Below the pieces are notes generated by a model that did not search any database, was not told the DNA's origin, and saw nothing but the letters and a program-made list of their open reading frames with translations. From an uncultured Actinomycetota bacterium (GTDB taxonomy: Bacteria; Actinomycetota; Actinomycetes; Mycobacteriales; Jatrophihabitantaceae): a DNA stretch of 64,000 nt. The translations under genes were made by a program, and so were the position numbers. Shown in pieces: positions 13,916-23,960 of this stretch. Position 1 is the stretch's first letter; each line of letters opens with the position of its first letter. The stretch covers positions 13,223-77,222 of the forward strand of contig CAVQKZ010000004.1 in the NCBI GenBank assembly GCA_963713245.1, written 5' to 3'.

Positions 13916-14668
13916 TCAGGTGATGTCACGATTCATCGTGATCGACGCGCCCAGGATGGCCGGGATGAAGGCCCAGGCCAGCAGCACCACGACCCCGCCG
14001 GCCGGGGCCAGCAGGTCGACGCCGTTGGCCGTCCGATCACCGGTGATCGTCAGGATGCTGGCCACCCCGCCGCCGGGCATGAACGGGAACACGTGTTTGA
14101 CGCCGGGGATGATGACCAGGATGTTCTGCAGGACGAGCAGGAAGAGCACGCCGACCGTCACGGCCACGATCTGGTTCTTCAGCAGGGCGCCGACGCCGAG
14201 GCCGACGATGCCGAACAGGGTGACCACGATGAACACCCCGCCGAGCGCGCGCGGGACGTGCTCGCTGCTGAGCGAGAAGTCGATGTTCTTCGAGGACAGC
14301 CAGGGCAGCGCGATCGCCAGTTGGACGATGAGACAGATGGCGGCGTAGACGGCGCCGACGATCGCGTAGGTGATCATCTTCGCGGTGATCAGGGCCCAGC
14401 GGCTCGGCGTGGCCAGGACGGTGGGGGTGATCGTCTGGTACCGGAATTCGGTCGTCACGCCGAGTACACCGAGCACGAAGACGGCGACGTAGGACGTGGC
14501 CGAGGACGTGAACATGTCGACGGCGTCGGCCGTGGTCTCGACGCCGTTCTTGCTGGCCAGCGGGCCGATGACGAACAGGGCGGCGATGGCGACCGCGGCC
14601 AGCAACAGCCAGAACCAGACCTGGGTGGTGCGCAGCTTGATGAACTCGGCGTTGATCAGGCGGATCAC
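13916..14668 (-). CDS. ABC-2 type transporter permease
   Basis: GTG 14668 follows GGGAGG and overlaps the ATPase stop (GTGA). The sequence VIRLINAEFIKLRTTQVWFWLLLAAVAIAAL... has about 6 TM segments. The upstream part of ORF 13916..15526 is R/P/A-rich and rejected. Confidence 0.85.
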   Translation of the reverse strand: MIRLINAEFIKLRTTQVWFWLLLAAVAIAALFVIGPLASKNGVETTADAVDMFTSSATSYVAVFVLGVLGVTTEFRYQTITPTVLATPSRWALITAKMITYAIVGAVYAAICLIVQLAIALPWLSSKNIDFSLSSEHVPRALGGVFIVVTLFGIVGLGVGALLKNQIVAVTVGVLFLLVLQNILVIIPGVKHVFPFMPGGGVASILTITGDRTANGVDLLAPAGGVVVLLAWAFIPAILGASITMNRDIT

Positions 14669-15870
14669 GCGGCACCTCCCTGGTTCGGGCCGGACCGGGG
14701 CGGCGGGCCGGATGGGGCCGGCGGCGGTGGTGGCGGCGGGCCCTGTTGGGGCACCCACTGCGGTGGTGGCGGGAAGCCGCCCTGGGGTGGCGGGAAGCTG
14801 CCCGGTGGCGGTGGCGGTGGCGGTGGGTAGCCACCTGGCGGCGGCGGTGGGGGGAAGCCGCCCTGGGTCGGCGGTGGCGGGTAGCCGTAGCCGCCCTGCG
14901 CCTGCGGTGGCGCTCCGGCGGGGCCCGAGTCGGGACCGGTGGCCCCCTCGGTGAGGGCGAAGAACAGCTGCTCGAGGTCGAAGCGTTGCAGGCTGAGCTC
15001 GTGCAGCTCGACACCGGCGGTGAACGCGAGGTGGCCGACCTGTTCGAGGCTCGCGCCTCGCAGCTCCAAGGTGGCCGGATCCAGTTGCTGGGCCCGCAGA
15101 CCCTCGCCGGCGAGCGCGGTGCTCAGCTTGGCGACATCGGGCGTGCGCACCCGCACCGAGTCGGTACCGGCGCTGAGTTCGGCGATGGAACCGGCCCGCA
15201 CCAGCCGGCCGCGGTTGAGGATGACGACCCGGTCGGCGATCTCCTGCACCTCGTTGAGCTGGTGGCTGGAGACCAGGATCGTGCGGCCCTCGTCGGCCAG
15301 GTGCCGGAAGAAGCCGCGTAACCAGCGGATGCCCTCCGGGTCGAGGCCGTTGGCCGGCTCGTCGAGCACCAGCACCCGCGGGTCGCCGATCAGGCAGGCG
15401 GCCAGCCCGAGCCGCTGGCGCATGCCCAGTGAATAGCCGCGCACCTTGCGCCGGCCGGCGTCGTGCAGGCCGACCAGGTCGAGCACCTCGTCGGCCCGTC
15501 GCACCGGCAGCCCGGCGACGGTGCACAGGATGCGCAGGTGGTTACGGCCGGTGCGGGCGGGGTGGAAGCTGGAGGATTCCAGCGAGGCGCCGACCACGGA
15601 GAGTGGATTGGCGATGTCGCGGTAGCGCCGGCCGCCGATCGTGGCGTAACCGTCGGTGGGGTTGACCAGGCCGAGGGCCATCCGCAGCGTCGTCGTCTTG
15701 CCCGCGCCGTTCGGGCCGAGGAAACCGGTGATCGAGCCCGGTTCGACGTCGAAGCTCAGGCGGTCGACGGCCCGGATGTTGCCGTGGAAGACCTTGGTCA
15801 GTTCGTGCACGACGATGCGGCCGTCCGGCTGGCCCGCGTTCGATGCGCTGTCCTGCTGGGTGAGGGTCAC
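14665..15870 (-). CDS. ABC transporter ATP-binding protein with a C-terminal Pro/Gly-rich tail of about 90 aa
   Basis: From GTG 15870: Walker A GPNGAGKTT, signature YSLGMRQRL, Walker B VLVLDEP. The tail is ...GYGYPPPPTQGGFPPPPPPGGYPPPPPPPPGSFPPPQGGFPPPPQWVPQQGPPPPPPPAPSGPPP. Confidence 0.9.
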   Translation of the reverse strand: MTLTQQDSASNAGQPDGRIVVHELTKVFHGNIRAVDRLSFDVEPGSITGFLGPNGAGKTTTLRMALGLVNPTDGYATIGGRRYRDIANPLSVVGASLESSSFHPARTGRNHLRILCTVAGLPVRRADEVLDLVGLHDAGRRKVRGYSLGMRQRLGLAACLIGDPRVLVLDEPANGLDPEGIRWLRGFFRHLADEGRTILVSSHQLNEVQEIADRVVILNRGRLVRAGSIAELSAGTDSVRVRTPDVAKLSTALAGEGLRAQQLDPATLELRGASLEQVGHLAFTAGVELHELSLQRFDLEQLFFALTEGATGPDSGPAGAPPQAQGGYGYPPPPTQGGFPPPPPPGGYPPPPPPPPGSFPPPQGGFPPPPQWVPQQGPPPPPPPAPSGPPPRSGPNQGGAA

Positions 15871-16092
15871 GCGCCCTATCTCACCATGGTCCGGTGTCCG
15901 GTTTGTGCGCGGCACGCGCACCGCAGCCGGCCCGCTCTCAGGGGTGCAGGGCCGAAGCTGCAGGCGGCACGCGTCGCCGCGAATGCTGCGGCAGCTCGGG
16001 CGGTTTAGGTGGTTGCCGCATGGGGGATATGTGGGGGCAGCCCCCGAGAACGGATGACCCGTGCCCACCGCCAGCGCTGAGCAGGCGTCGCC

Positions 16093-17109
<1,017 letters not shown>

Positions 17110-17112
<3 letters not shown>

Positions 17113-18450
17113 GCGCGGCGTTCGACCACCGCGACACCGGCACGCCGGAGGCCGACTGGGCCGCCTGCGCCCGGCTGGCCGCCTGCCCCACCGTCGTCGT
17201 GCCGACCGGCGCCCGGGTCGTCGTCCTGGCCGCCCATCCCGACGACGAGACCCTGGGCGCCGGGGGCCTGGTCGCCACCGCGGCCCGGGCCGGCTCGGCC
17301 GTCGAGGTGATCATCGCCAGCGACGGCGAGCGCTCGCACCCCGGCTCGTCCACCCATGCGCCGGCCCGGCTCGCGGCCATCCGCCGGGTCGAGGCCGCGG
17401 CCGCCGTGCGCGAACTGGCCCCCGAAGCCACGGTCGCGTTCCTCGGGCTGCCCGACGGGGCCCTGGCCGCGCACCGGCCCGCGCTCGTCGACGCGCTGCG
17501 CGGCCGGCTCGACGACGGCGCCGTTGCTGGTCACGCCGTGGCGCGACGACCAGCATCCCGACCACGAGGCCTGCGCGCTGGCCGGGACGGCCGCGGCCGC
17601 GGAAGCCGGCTGCGCCCATTGGCAGTACCCGATCTGGGCCTGGCACTGGGCCGACCCGAGCTCGATCGAGCTGCCCTGGGCCGACCTCCGCCGAGTCGAA
17701 CTCCACCCGGCCGCGCGGGCAGCCAAGGCGGCGGCGCTGGCCCGCTACGTCAGCCAGCATGCCCCGCTCTCGCCGCAGCCCGGCGACGAGCCGATCCTGC
17801 CGGAGCACGTCACCGCCCACTTCGCCCGGCCGTTCGAGACGTTCGTGGTGCCACCCGCGCCAGCGGCCCAGCCGGCCTACTTCGACGAGCTGTACGCCCG
17901 CAGCGACGACCCGTGGGGACTGCAGGACCGCTTCTACGAGCAGCGCAAGCGCGACCTGATCTGCGCGGTGCTGCCCCGGCCCCGCTTCCGTCGGGCGCTG
18001 GAGCCCGGCTGCGCCACCGGCCTGCTCACCGCGCGCCTGGCCCAGCGCTGTGCCGACGTCCTCGCCTGCGACGTCGCCGGTCGCGCGGTGACGCAGGCCC
18101 GCGAGCGGCTGGCCGGGGTCGCGCATGTGCAGGTCGAACAGCGGCGCATCCCGGCCGACTGGCCCGCGGGCCGGTTCGACCTGATCGTGCTCAGCGAGGT
18201 CGGCTACTACTGCCCGGACCTGGCTGGGCTGAGCGAGTTGGTCCGGGCCGCGCTCACGCCCGACGGTGTCGTGGTCGCCTGCCACTGGCGCCATCCTGCG
18301 CCCGACCATCCGCATACCGCCGAGGAGGTGCACGCCGCCCTCGGCACGGGTCTGCACCGCATCGCCGAGCATGTCGAGGAGGACTTCCGGCTCGATGTGT
18401 GGACGCCTGGCGGGGCCTCGGTCGCCCGGCTCGACGGGATCCTGGGATGA
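17110..18450 (+). pseudogene. bifunctional PIG-L/LmbE-family deacetylase :: NodS-like SAM methyltransferase, one frame break as assembled
   Basis: GTG 17110 overlaps the ACAD stop (GTGA). The N-terminus VVVLAAHPDDETLGAGG...IIASDGE is in the frame of ORF 16722..19169. The continuation LLVTPWRDDQHPDHEA...FDELYARSDDPWGLQDRFYEQRKRDL...ALEPGCATGLLTARLAQRC...FDLIVLSEVGYY is in ORF 17356..18450. The break is at about 17521. Confidence 0.8.
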
Positions 18451-19169
18451 TCGGCCTGGTCGGCGTGATCGTGCCCGCGGCCGACGAGCAGGACACCATC
18501 GCGGCCTGCCTGGCGGCCCTGGACGCGGCCCGCCGGCACCTGCACCGCACGGCCGGGCGGCCCATCGGCGTGCGCGTCGTCGTGGTCCTGGACGCCTGCA
18601 CCGACAGCACGGCCGACATCGTCGCCGCGCACCGGGACGTGGAAGCGGTCACGACCACGGCCCGGCGGGTCGGGATCACCCGCGCCGCCGGGGCCGCCCA
18701 CCTGCTGCGCGAGGCCCCGGTGCCGGCGGCCGAGACCTGGCTGGCCCACACCGATGCCGATTCGGTCGTGCCGCCGGACTGGCTCTCGGTCGCCGTCGAG
18801 GAGGCCGACCGCGGCGCCGACCTGCTGCTCGGGACGGTGCGGCCCGGGCCCGGGCTGTCGGCCGCGAGCGAGCGGGCCTGGCACGGTCGCCATGTGCGGC
18901 GCAACGACCATCCGCACGTGCACGGCACGAATCTGGGTATCCGGGCCTCGGCCTATCTGGCCCTCGGCGGCTGGCCGGCGGTGGCCACGGGTGAGGACGT
19001 CCTGCTCGTGGGCCGCGCCGGCGCGGCCGGTCACCTGCGGGTGCGGCGCACGGCGGCGATCCCGGTGCGCACCAGCACCCGGCGGGTCGGCCGGGCCCCG
19101 CACGGCTTCTCCAGCTACCTGCGCGGCCTCGACGCGGTCGAGCCGGCCCAGGGGAGCGCGGCGTCGTGA
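18447..19169 (+). CDS. family 2 glycosyltransferase (short, about 240 aa)
   Basis: ATG 18447 overlaps the upstream stop (ATGA). Sequence: MIGLVGVIVPAADEQDTIAACLAAL...VVVVLDACTDSTADI...HTDADSVV (a DxD-type motif). Confidence 0.8.
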   Translation: MIGLVGVIVPAADEQDTIAACLAALDAARRHLHRTAGRPIGVRVVVVLDACTDSTADIVAAHRDVEAVTTTARRVGITRAAGAAHLLREAPVPAAETWLAHTDADSVVPPDWLSVAVEEADRGADLLLGTVRPGPGLSAASERAWHGRHVRRNDHPHVHGTNLGIRASAYLALGGWPAVATGEDVLLVGRAGAAGHLRVRRTAAIPVRTSTRRVGRAPHGFSSYLRGLDAVEPAQGSAAS

Positions 19170-19534
19170 ATGCCGACGACCTCGCGGCCGCGCGATCGAC
19201 GCTGCTCGCGGCCCGGGCGGAGGCGAGCGCCGCCATCGATTCGCTGGGCCGCGACTTCGACGCGCTGGTGACGGCGTCGGCCGACGCGAACGCCGACGAC
19301 GAGCACGATCCGGAAGGCAGCACGGTCGCGTTCGAGCGGGCCCAGCTCGCCGCTGTGCTCGAGGCCACCCGGCACGACCTGGCCGAGATCGACGCGGCGC
19401 TGGCCCGGATCGACGCGGGCCGCTACGGCCGCTGCGAGGTGTGTGGCGCGGCTATCGCGCCGGAACGGCTGCAGGCCCGCCCAGCCGCCCGCCGCTGCGT
19501 GCGGTGCGCGGCCGCGCGCGGGCCGGCTGCGTGA
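19166..19534 (+). CDS. TraR/DksA-family C4 zinc-finger protein
   Basis: GTG 19166 overlaps the GT2 stop (GTGA). A coiled-coil N-terminus is followed by GRYGRCEVCGAAIAPERLQARPAARRCVRC, a CxxC-N17-CxxC motif. Confidence 0.8.
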   Translation: MNADDLAAARSTLLAARAEASAAIDSLGRDFDALVTASADANADDEHDPEGSTVAFERAQLAAVLEATRHDLAEIDAALARIDAGRYGRCEVCGAAIAPERLQARPAARRCVRCAAARGPAA

Positions 19535-19552
19535 CCTTGGCACGATAGTCAG

Positions 19553-20473
19553 ATGCGTGCGAGCCGGCTGCTGAGCGTCGCGGCGCTGGCCGCCGTCCTG
19601 GCCGGCTGCGGCTCGTCGGGCGCCCATCACACTGCGACCCCGACGCACCGGTCGAGCCCGACCGCGGCGCCGGTGCCGAGCTCGCCGCCGGCGTCGTCGT
19701 CCGCATTGCCGCCGGCCGGCGTGCCCCGGCCCGATCACGTCATCGTCGTCGTCCTCGAGAACACCTCCTACGACCAGCTCGTCGGCCGGCCGGAGGCGCC
19801 GTTCCTGAACTCGCTCGAGCGCCGCGGGGCCGTCTTCACCCGGTCGTTCGCGATCACCCATCCCTCGCAGCCGAACTACCTGGCCCTGTTCTCCGGATCG
19901 ACGCAGGGCGTCACCGACGACTCGTGTCCGCACACGTTCGCCGGCCCGAACCTCGGCCGCGAACTGCTCGATGCCGGCCGGTCGTTCGTCGGCTACTCCG
20001 AAGACCTGCCGTCGGTCGGCTACCTCGGCTGCAGCAGTGGCCAGTACGCCCGCAAACACAACCCGTGGGCCGACTTCAGCGACCTGCCCGCGCGCGTCAA
20101 CCAGCCGATGACCGCGTTCCCGGCCGATCCGGCCCAGCTGCCGACGGTGAGCTTCGTGATGCCGAACCTCGATCACGATTTGCACGACGGCACCCTGAAC
20201 CAGGCCGATCGCTGGCTGCAGACCAACCTCGGCCCCTACGCGGCGTGGGCGCCGGCCCACAACAGCCTGCTCGTGATCACCAACGACGAGGACGACTTCA
20301 CCGCGGTCAACCGCATCGCCACGATCATGGTCGGCGCGCACGTCCGGCCGGGCAGCTACGCCGGGCGGATCGACCACTACACCGTGTTGCGCACGATCGA
20401 GGCCGCCTACGGGCTGGCCCCACTGGGCGCCAGCGCGCAGGCCCGGCCCATCACCGCGATCTGGTCGCGCTAG
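19553..20473 (+). CDS. phosphoesterase-family (AcpA / phospholipase C-like) lipoprotein
   Basis: Lipobox LAGCGS. Also HVIVVVLENTSYDQL, ITHPSQPNYLALFSGS and KHNPWADF. It starts 18 nt after the zinc-finger gene. Confidence 0.8.
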   Translation: MRASRLLSVAALAAVLAGCGSSGAHHTATPTHRSSPTAAPVPSSPPASSSALPPAGVPRPDHVIVVVLENTSYDQLVGRPEAPFLNSLERRGAVFTRSFAITHPSQPNYLALFSGSTQGVTDDSCPHTFAGPNLGRELLDAGRSFVGYSEDLPSVGYLGCSSGQYARKHNPWADFSDLPARVNQPMTAFPADPAQLPTVSFVMPNLDHDLHDGTLNQADRWLQTNLGPYAAWAPAHNSLLVITNDEDDFTAVNRIATIMVGAHVRPGSYAGRIDHYTVLRTIEAAYGLAPLGASAQARPITAIWSR

Positions 20474-20483
20474 TCAGCCTGAG

Positions 20484-21476
20484 TCACTGGTCGGCCAACG
20501 CCGGGATGACCTCGCGGGTGAACAGGTCGACGCTCGTGCGGTCGTAGGCGGCATCGAGGAAGTAGGCGATCGCGTAGGTCAGCCCCATCGCGTTGGCTTC
20601 ACGCAGCCGCTCGACCACCTGCTCGGGCGTGCCGACCAGTGGGCTGTTGGCGAAGTTGTTGTAGGCGCCCTCGAGCCGGTCGGCCGGGACGAGCGGCTGG
20701 AAGTGCGCCCGGATCCAGGCCAGCTTGTCCTGCACGTCCTTCTCGGTCTCGCCGATGACGACGTTGTAGTCGCCGGAGCGCACGATCGCGTCGAAGTCGG
20801 TGCCGACGTCGCGGCAGTGCGCGGCCAGGACCTCGGACTTGTGCCGGAACGTCTCGGGCGTCGAGTCGAAGTTGGTGTACTGCGCGTACTTCGCGGCGGT
20901 GCGCAGCGTCTTCTTCTCGCCGCCGCCGGCGATCCACAACGGGATCCCGCCGTCCTGCAGCGGCAACGGCCGGGCGATGGCACCGTCGACCTGGTAGTAC
21001 TTGCCGTCGAGGGTCGCGGTGCCGGTGCTCCAGAGCTGGCGCATGATCTGCACGCCCTCGTCGAGCATGCCCAGGCGCTCGCCCGCGCCGGGAAAGCCGT
21101 AGCCGTAGGCCCGCCACTCGTGCTCGTACCAGCCGCCGCCGATACCCATCTCGACCCGGCCGCCGGAGATCGTGTCGATGGTGGCCGCGACCTTGGCCAG
21201 GTAGGCCGGGTTGCGGTACGCCATGCAGGTACACATCTGCCCGAGGCGGACGCGTTCGGTGCCGACCGCAAGCGCCGCCATCAACGACCAGGCCTCGTGG
21301 GTGGCCTCCTCGGTGGGCGCCGGGGTGGTGTGGAAATGGTCGTAGACCCAGATCGACTCCCACGGACCGGCGTCGGCCGCGCGGGCGACGTCGAGCATCG
21401 TGCGCCACTGGTCCTTGGGTTCGATGCCGACCAGGTCGAGGCGCCAGCCCTGCGGGACGAACAGTCCGAATCTCAT
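20484..21476 (-). CDS. LLM-class F420-dependent oxidoreductase (Rv1855c-like)
   Basis: 330 aa: MRFGLFVPQGWRLDLVGI...WVYDHFHT...GGRVEMGIGGGWYEHEWRAYGYGFP... Confidence 0.9.
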   Translation of the reverse strand: MRFGLFVPQGWRLDLVGIEPKDQWRTMLDVARAADAGPWESIWVYDHFHTTPAPTEEATHEAWSLMAALAVGTERVRLGQMCTCMAYRNPAYLAKVAATIDTISGGRVEMGIGGGWYEHEWRAYGYGFPGAGERLGMLDEGVQIMRQLWSTGTATLDGKYYQVDGAIARPLPLQDGGIPLWIAGGGEKKTLRTAAKYAQYTNFDSTPETFRHKSEVLAAHCRDVGTDFDAIVRSGDYNVVIGETEKDVQDKLAWIRAHFQPLVPADRLEGAYNNFANSPLVGTPEQVVERLREANAMGLTYAIAYFLDAAYDRTSVDLFTREVIPALADQ

Positions 21477-21505
21477 TGCTCCACCCTATTGTTCGAGCTG
21501 TGCGC

Positions 21506-21913
21506 ATGAGCAGCGACTGGTCGCGCGAGCGCTTCGGCGGCGCGCGGGTCGCGCGACTGGCCACGGCCGACGAGCACGGCCGCCCGCACCTGGTGCCGGT
21601 CGTCTTCGCCGCCCAGCGCGTGACGATCCACTCGGCCGTGGACGCGAAGCCCAAGTCGACCACGGCGCTGCGGCGCCTGGCCAACATCGCGGCCAATCCG
21701 CAGGTCAGCCTGCTCGTCGACCACTACGACGAGGACTGGACGCAGCTGTGGTGGGCCCGCGCCGACGGGTTGGCCTGGGTGTCCGACGACGGCGGGGGCG
21801 CGGCCGAACTGCTGGCCGAGCGTTACCCCCAGTACCGGCAGACGCCGCCGCCCGGCCCGTTCATCACGATCGAGGTCGAACGCTGGTCGGGCTGGTCGGC
21901 CCAGCCGGGCTGA
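21506..21913 (+). CDS. PPOX-class F420-dependent oxidoreductase (TIGR03668-like)
   Basis: From ATG 21506: MSSDWSRERFGGARVARLATADEHGRPHLVPVVFA...AVDAKPKSTTALRRLANIAANPQVSLLVDHYDEDWTQLWWARADG. Confidence 0.8.
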   Translation: MSSDWSRERFGGARVARLATADEHGRPHLVPVVFAAQRVTIHSAVDAKPKSTTALRRLANIAANPQVSLLVDHYDEDWTQLWWARADGLAWVSDDGGGAAELLAERYPQYRQTPPPGPFITIEVERWSGWSAQPG

Positions 21914-22278
21914 TCAGCCGCGATCGCCGGCCCGTCGATTCCTCGACGAACCGCATCGGCGGCGTGGGCACCGGCCGCCTCGTGCTCGGCGTCCACGTCG
22001 ACCACGGTGCCGTCGGGATATGCGCTGGAATCGACGCCGACCAGTCGCACGTACGCACCGTTCTGGTTCGTGACCCGCGCGAACCATCGGCTGCGAAGTG
22101 CGGCGCGTTCGGCCACTGCCGTATTACTCGCCCGATCAGAACTCAGCGTGCCCGTTACCTCGGATTGTGATCCGTCCCGGCGACGTTAGCCGGTGATCAC
22201 CAGCAGTCACGTATTGCTCGACCCATGCGTCCGCCGGGCGACGCAAAGCACGCGCGTAATGCACGGGCGCCGCGGTAT

Positions 22279-22299
22279 CGGCCGCCTTTCCGGCGGCCG
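22279..22299 (-). terminator. hairpin just downstream of lsr2 (cggccgcc-tttcc-ggcggccg)
   Basis: 8-bp perfect stem and a 5-nt loop, ending 6 nt from the lsr2 stop at 22305. Confidence 0.5.
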
Positions 22300-22304
22300 C
22301 CACC

Positions 22305-22643
22305 TCAGCGGGCCTGGTATGCGGCGAGAACGGCCGCGGGAATGCGGCCGCGGTCGGCGACCGCGTGGCCGTTCTCCTTGGCCCAGGCGCGCACGGCGCT
22401 CAGGTCGTGGCCGCGACCCCTGCCATTGCTGGAACGTCCGGCCCGTCGATTCGACGCGACTGACGTCCGGCGGACCTTGCGGCCGGCGTCGAGATAGGGC
22501 TTGACCAGCTTGGCGAATGCCGCGGCGTTCTTCTTGGAGAGGTCGATCTCGTAGGCCGCGCTTTCCCACGAGAAGCGGACCGTGGTGTCGGCCTTGCCGC
22601 CGTCGAGATCGTCGGTGAGTTGCTCCACGTATTGCCGAGCCAT
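22305..22643 (-). CDS. lsr2: Lsr2 nucleoid-associated protein (H-NS-like xenogeneic silencer)
   Basis: 112 aa: MARQYVEQLTDDLDGGKADTTVRFSWESAAYEIDLSKKNAAAF...RGRGHDLSAVRAWAKENGHAVADRGRIPAAVLAAYQAR. This gives an N-terminal dimerisation domain, an RGR AT-hook and a C-terminal DNA-binding domain. An AT-rich patch lies directly upstream (22644-22700). Confidence 0.9.
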   Translation of the reverse strand: MARQYVEQLTDDLDGGKADTTVRFSWESAAYEIDLSKKNAAAFAKLVKPYLDAGRKVRRTSVASNRRAGRSSNGRGRGHDLSAVRAWAKENGHAVADRGRIPAAVLAAYQAR

Positions 22644-23000
22644 AATTGGTTACCTATTTCATAGTCGAATGGGGGTTATTGGACGAGCATAGCGCTCCGC
22701 GAAATGACCCGGACCCAACCCGCGCCGAACCCCGCACTGGGCAGGCAAATTTCTCAGCTACGGTGAAATTGGCGTATTCGCGGGCAGAACTCGGCCGCGG
22801 GACGAATGCGGCGGGCGTCCGGGCCGGTGAATGCGTGCGCCAGTGGGCTACCGCCCCTCGAATTCGACCCACGGGCGATGGTTGCCAACCAGGCGAGGCA
22901 CGTCGTCGAGGCGCTCGGCCGCGAGCGGATGCATTCCTGGCTCCCGGTCGACGCCCCGCCGCCCGAAGCCGGCGACACCCTGCTGGCTACGCTGCGCTGA

Positions 23001-23960
23001 ATGCGGCGGCAACGGGTAGGGCGGACGGAGCTGGCCGTCGGCCTGGTGCTCGGGACGGCCCTGGACACGGTACTGCCCGACCCCCGCCGGGGACATCCGG
23101 TGGCCGGATTCGGCGCCGTGGCCGGCGCTGTGGAACGGCGCCTCTGGGCCGACGACCGAGCGCGGGGGGTGGCCTACGTGCTGGCCTGTGTGGGGCCGCC
23201 GGTCGCGCTGACCGCGCTGACCGCGCTGAGCGGGCTGATCGGGCGCCGGGGCCGGTTCGCGGCTGTCGTCGTCACCACCTGGGCCGTGCTGGGCTCGCGC
23301 TCACTGCGCACCGAGGCCCGCGCGCTGGGTGCGCTGCTGCGCGAGGACGAGCTGGCCGAGGCCCGCAAGCGGGTCACCCATCTGGTCGGCCGCGACCCGG
23401 CGGCGCTGGACGCGTCCGGTATCGCCCGCGCGGGCGTGGAGTCGGTCGCGGAGAACACCTGCGACGCCGTCGTGGCACCGCTGTTCTGGGGCGCGGTCGC
23501 GGGGCTGCCCGGGCTGGTCGGGTACCGGGCGGTGAACACCCTGGATGCGATGGTCGGGCATCACTCGCCGCGCTACGAGCGCTTCGGCTGGGCCGCGGCC
23601 CGGCTGGACGACCTGGCCAACCTGGGGCCGGCGCGACTCGGTGCCGTGCTCGTCGCGCTGGCCGCACCGGCGGTCGGCGGAAGCGCGGCCGAGACGGTGC
23701 GGATCACCCGCCGGTACGGCCGAGACCATCCCAGCCCCAACTCCGGCCTGGGCGAGGCCGCCTTCGCCGGGGCGCTGGGCCTGCGGCTGGGCGGGCGCAA
23801 CGTCTACGCCGGCCGGGTCGAGGACCGCCCGCGGCTGGGCGACGGGCGCGACGCGCGTCCCGAGGATCTCGACCGGGCCGCGTCGTTGTGCGCCGCGGTG
23901 ACCGGTGCGGCGGCCGTGGCCGCGGCCGGGCTCGCCTACGTCGGGCGGAGGCGGCGATGA
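23001..23960 (+). CDS. cbiB: adenosylcobinamide-phosphate synthase
   Basis: 319 aa: ...[25 protein letters not shown]..., [58 protein letters not shown]. Confidence 0.9.
   Translation: MRRQRVGRTELAVGLVLGTALDTVLPDPRRGHPVAGFGAVAGAVERRLWADDRARGVAYVLACVGPPVALTALTALSGLIGRRGRFAAVVVTTWAVLGSRSLRTEARALGALLREDELAEARKRVTHLVGRDPAALDASGIARAGVESVAENTCDAVVAPLFWGAVAGLPGLVGYRAVNTLDAMVGHHSPRYERFGWAAARLDDLANLGPARLGAVLVALAAPAVGGSAAETVRITRRYGRDHPSPNSGLGEAAFAGALGLRLGGRNVYAGRVEDRPRLGDGRDARPEDLDRAASLCAAVTGAAAVAAAGLAYVGRRRR

Noticed and set aside
15905-16045. Palindromes GTGCGCG-GCA-CGCGCAC (15905-15921) and GGGGGC-A-GCCCCC (16033-16045) in the ABC / ACAD divergent region
   Set aside because: These GC-only palindromes arise easily by chance at this base composition, and no cognate regulator is adjacent. 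I noted them but do not call them operators.
21823-22116. 97-aa minus-strand ORF between the PPOX gene and lsr2
   Set aside because: It has moderately coding-like GC3, but no recognisable family and a weak SD. It would also overlap the well-supported PPOX 3' end by about 90 nt. The evidence is insufficient.
22800-22995. Possible third cobalamin riboswitch upstream of cbiB
   Set aside because: Only partial resemblances are present: GGTGAATGC..GCGCCAGTG in place of the GCCACTG core, and a B12-box-like GAAGCCGGCGACACCCTGC about 130 nt away. The spacing and core do not fit, and the region has coding-like GC3. A covariance-model scan is needed before calling it.
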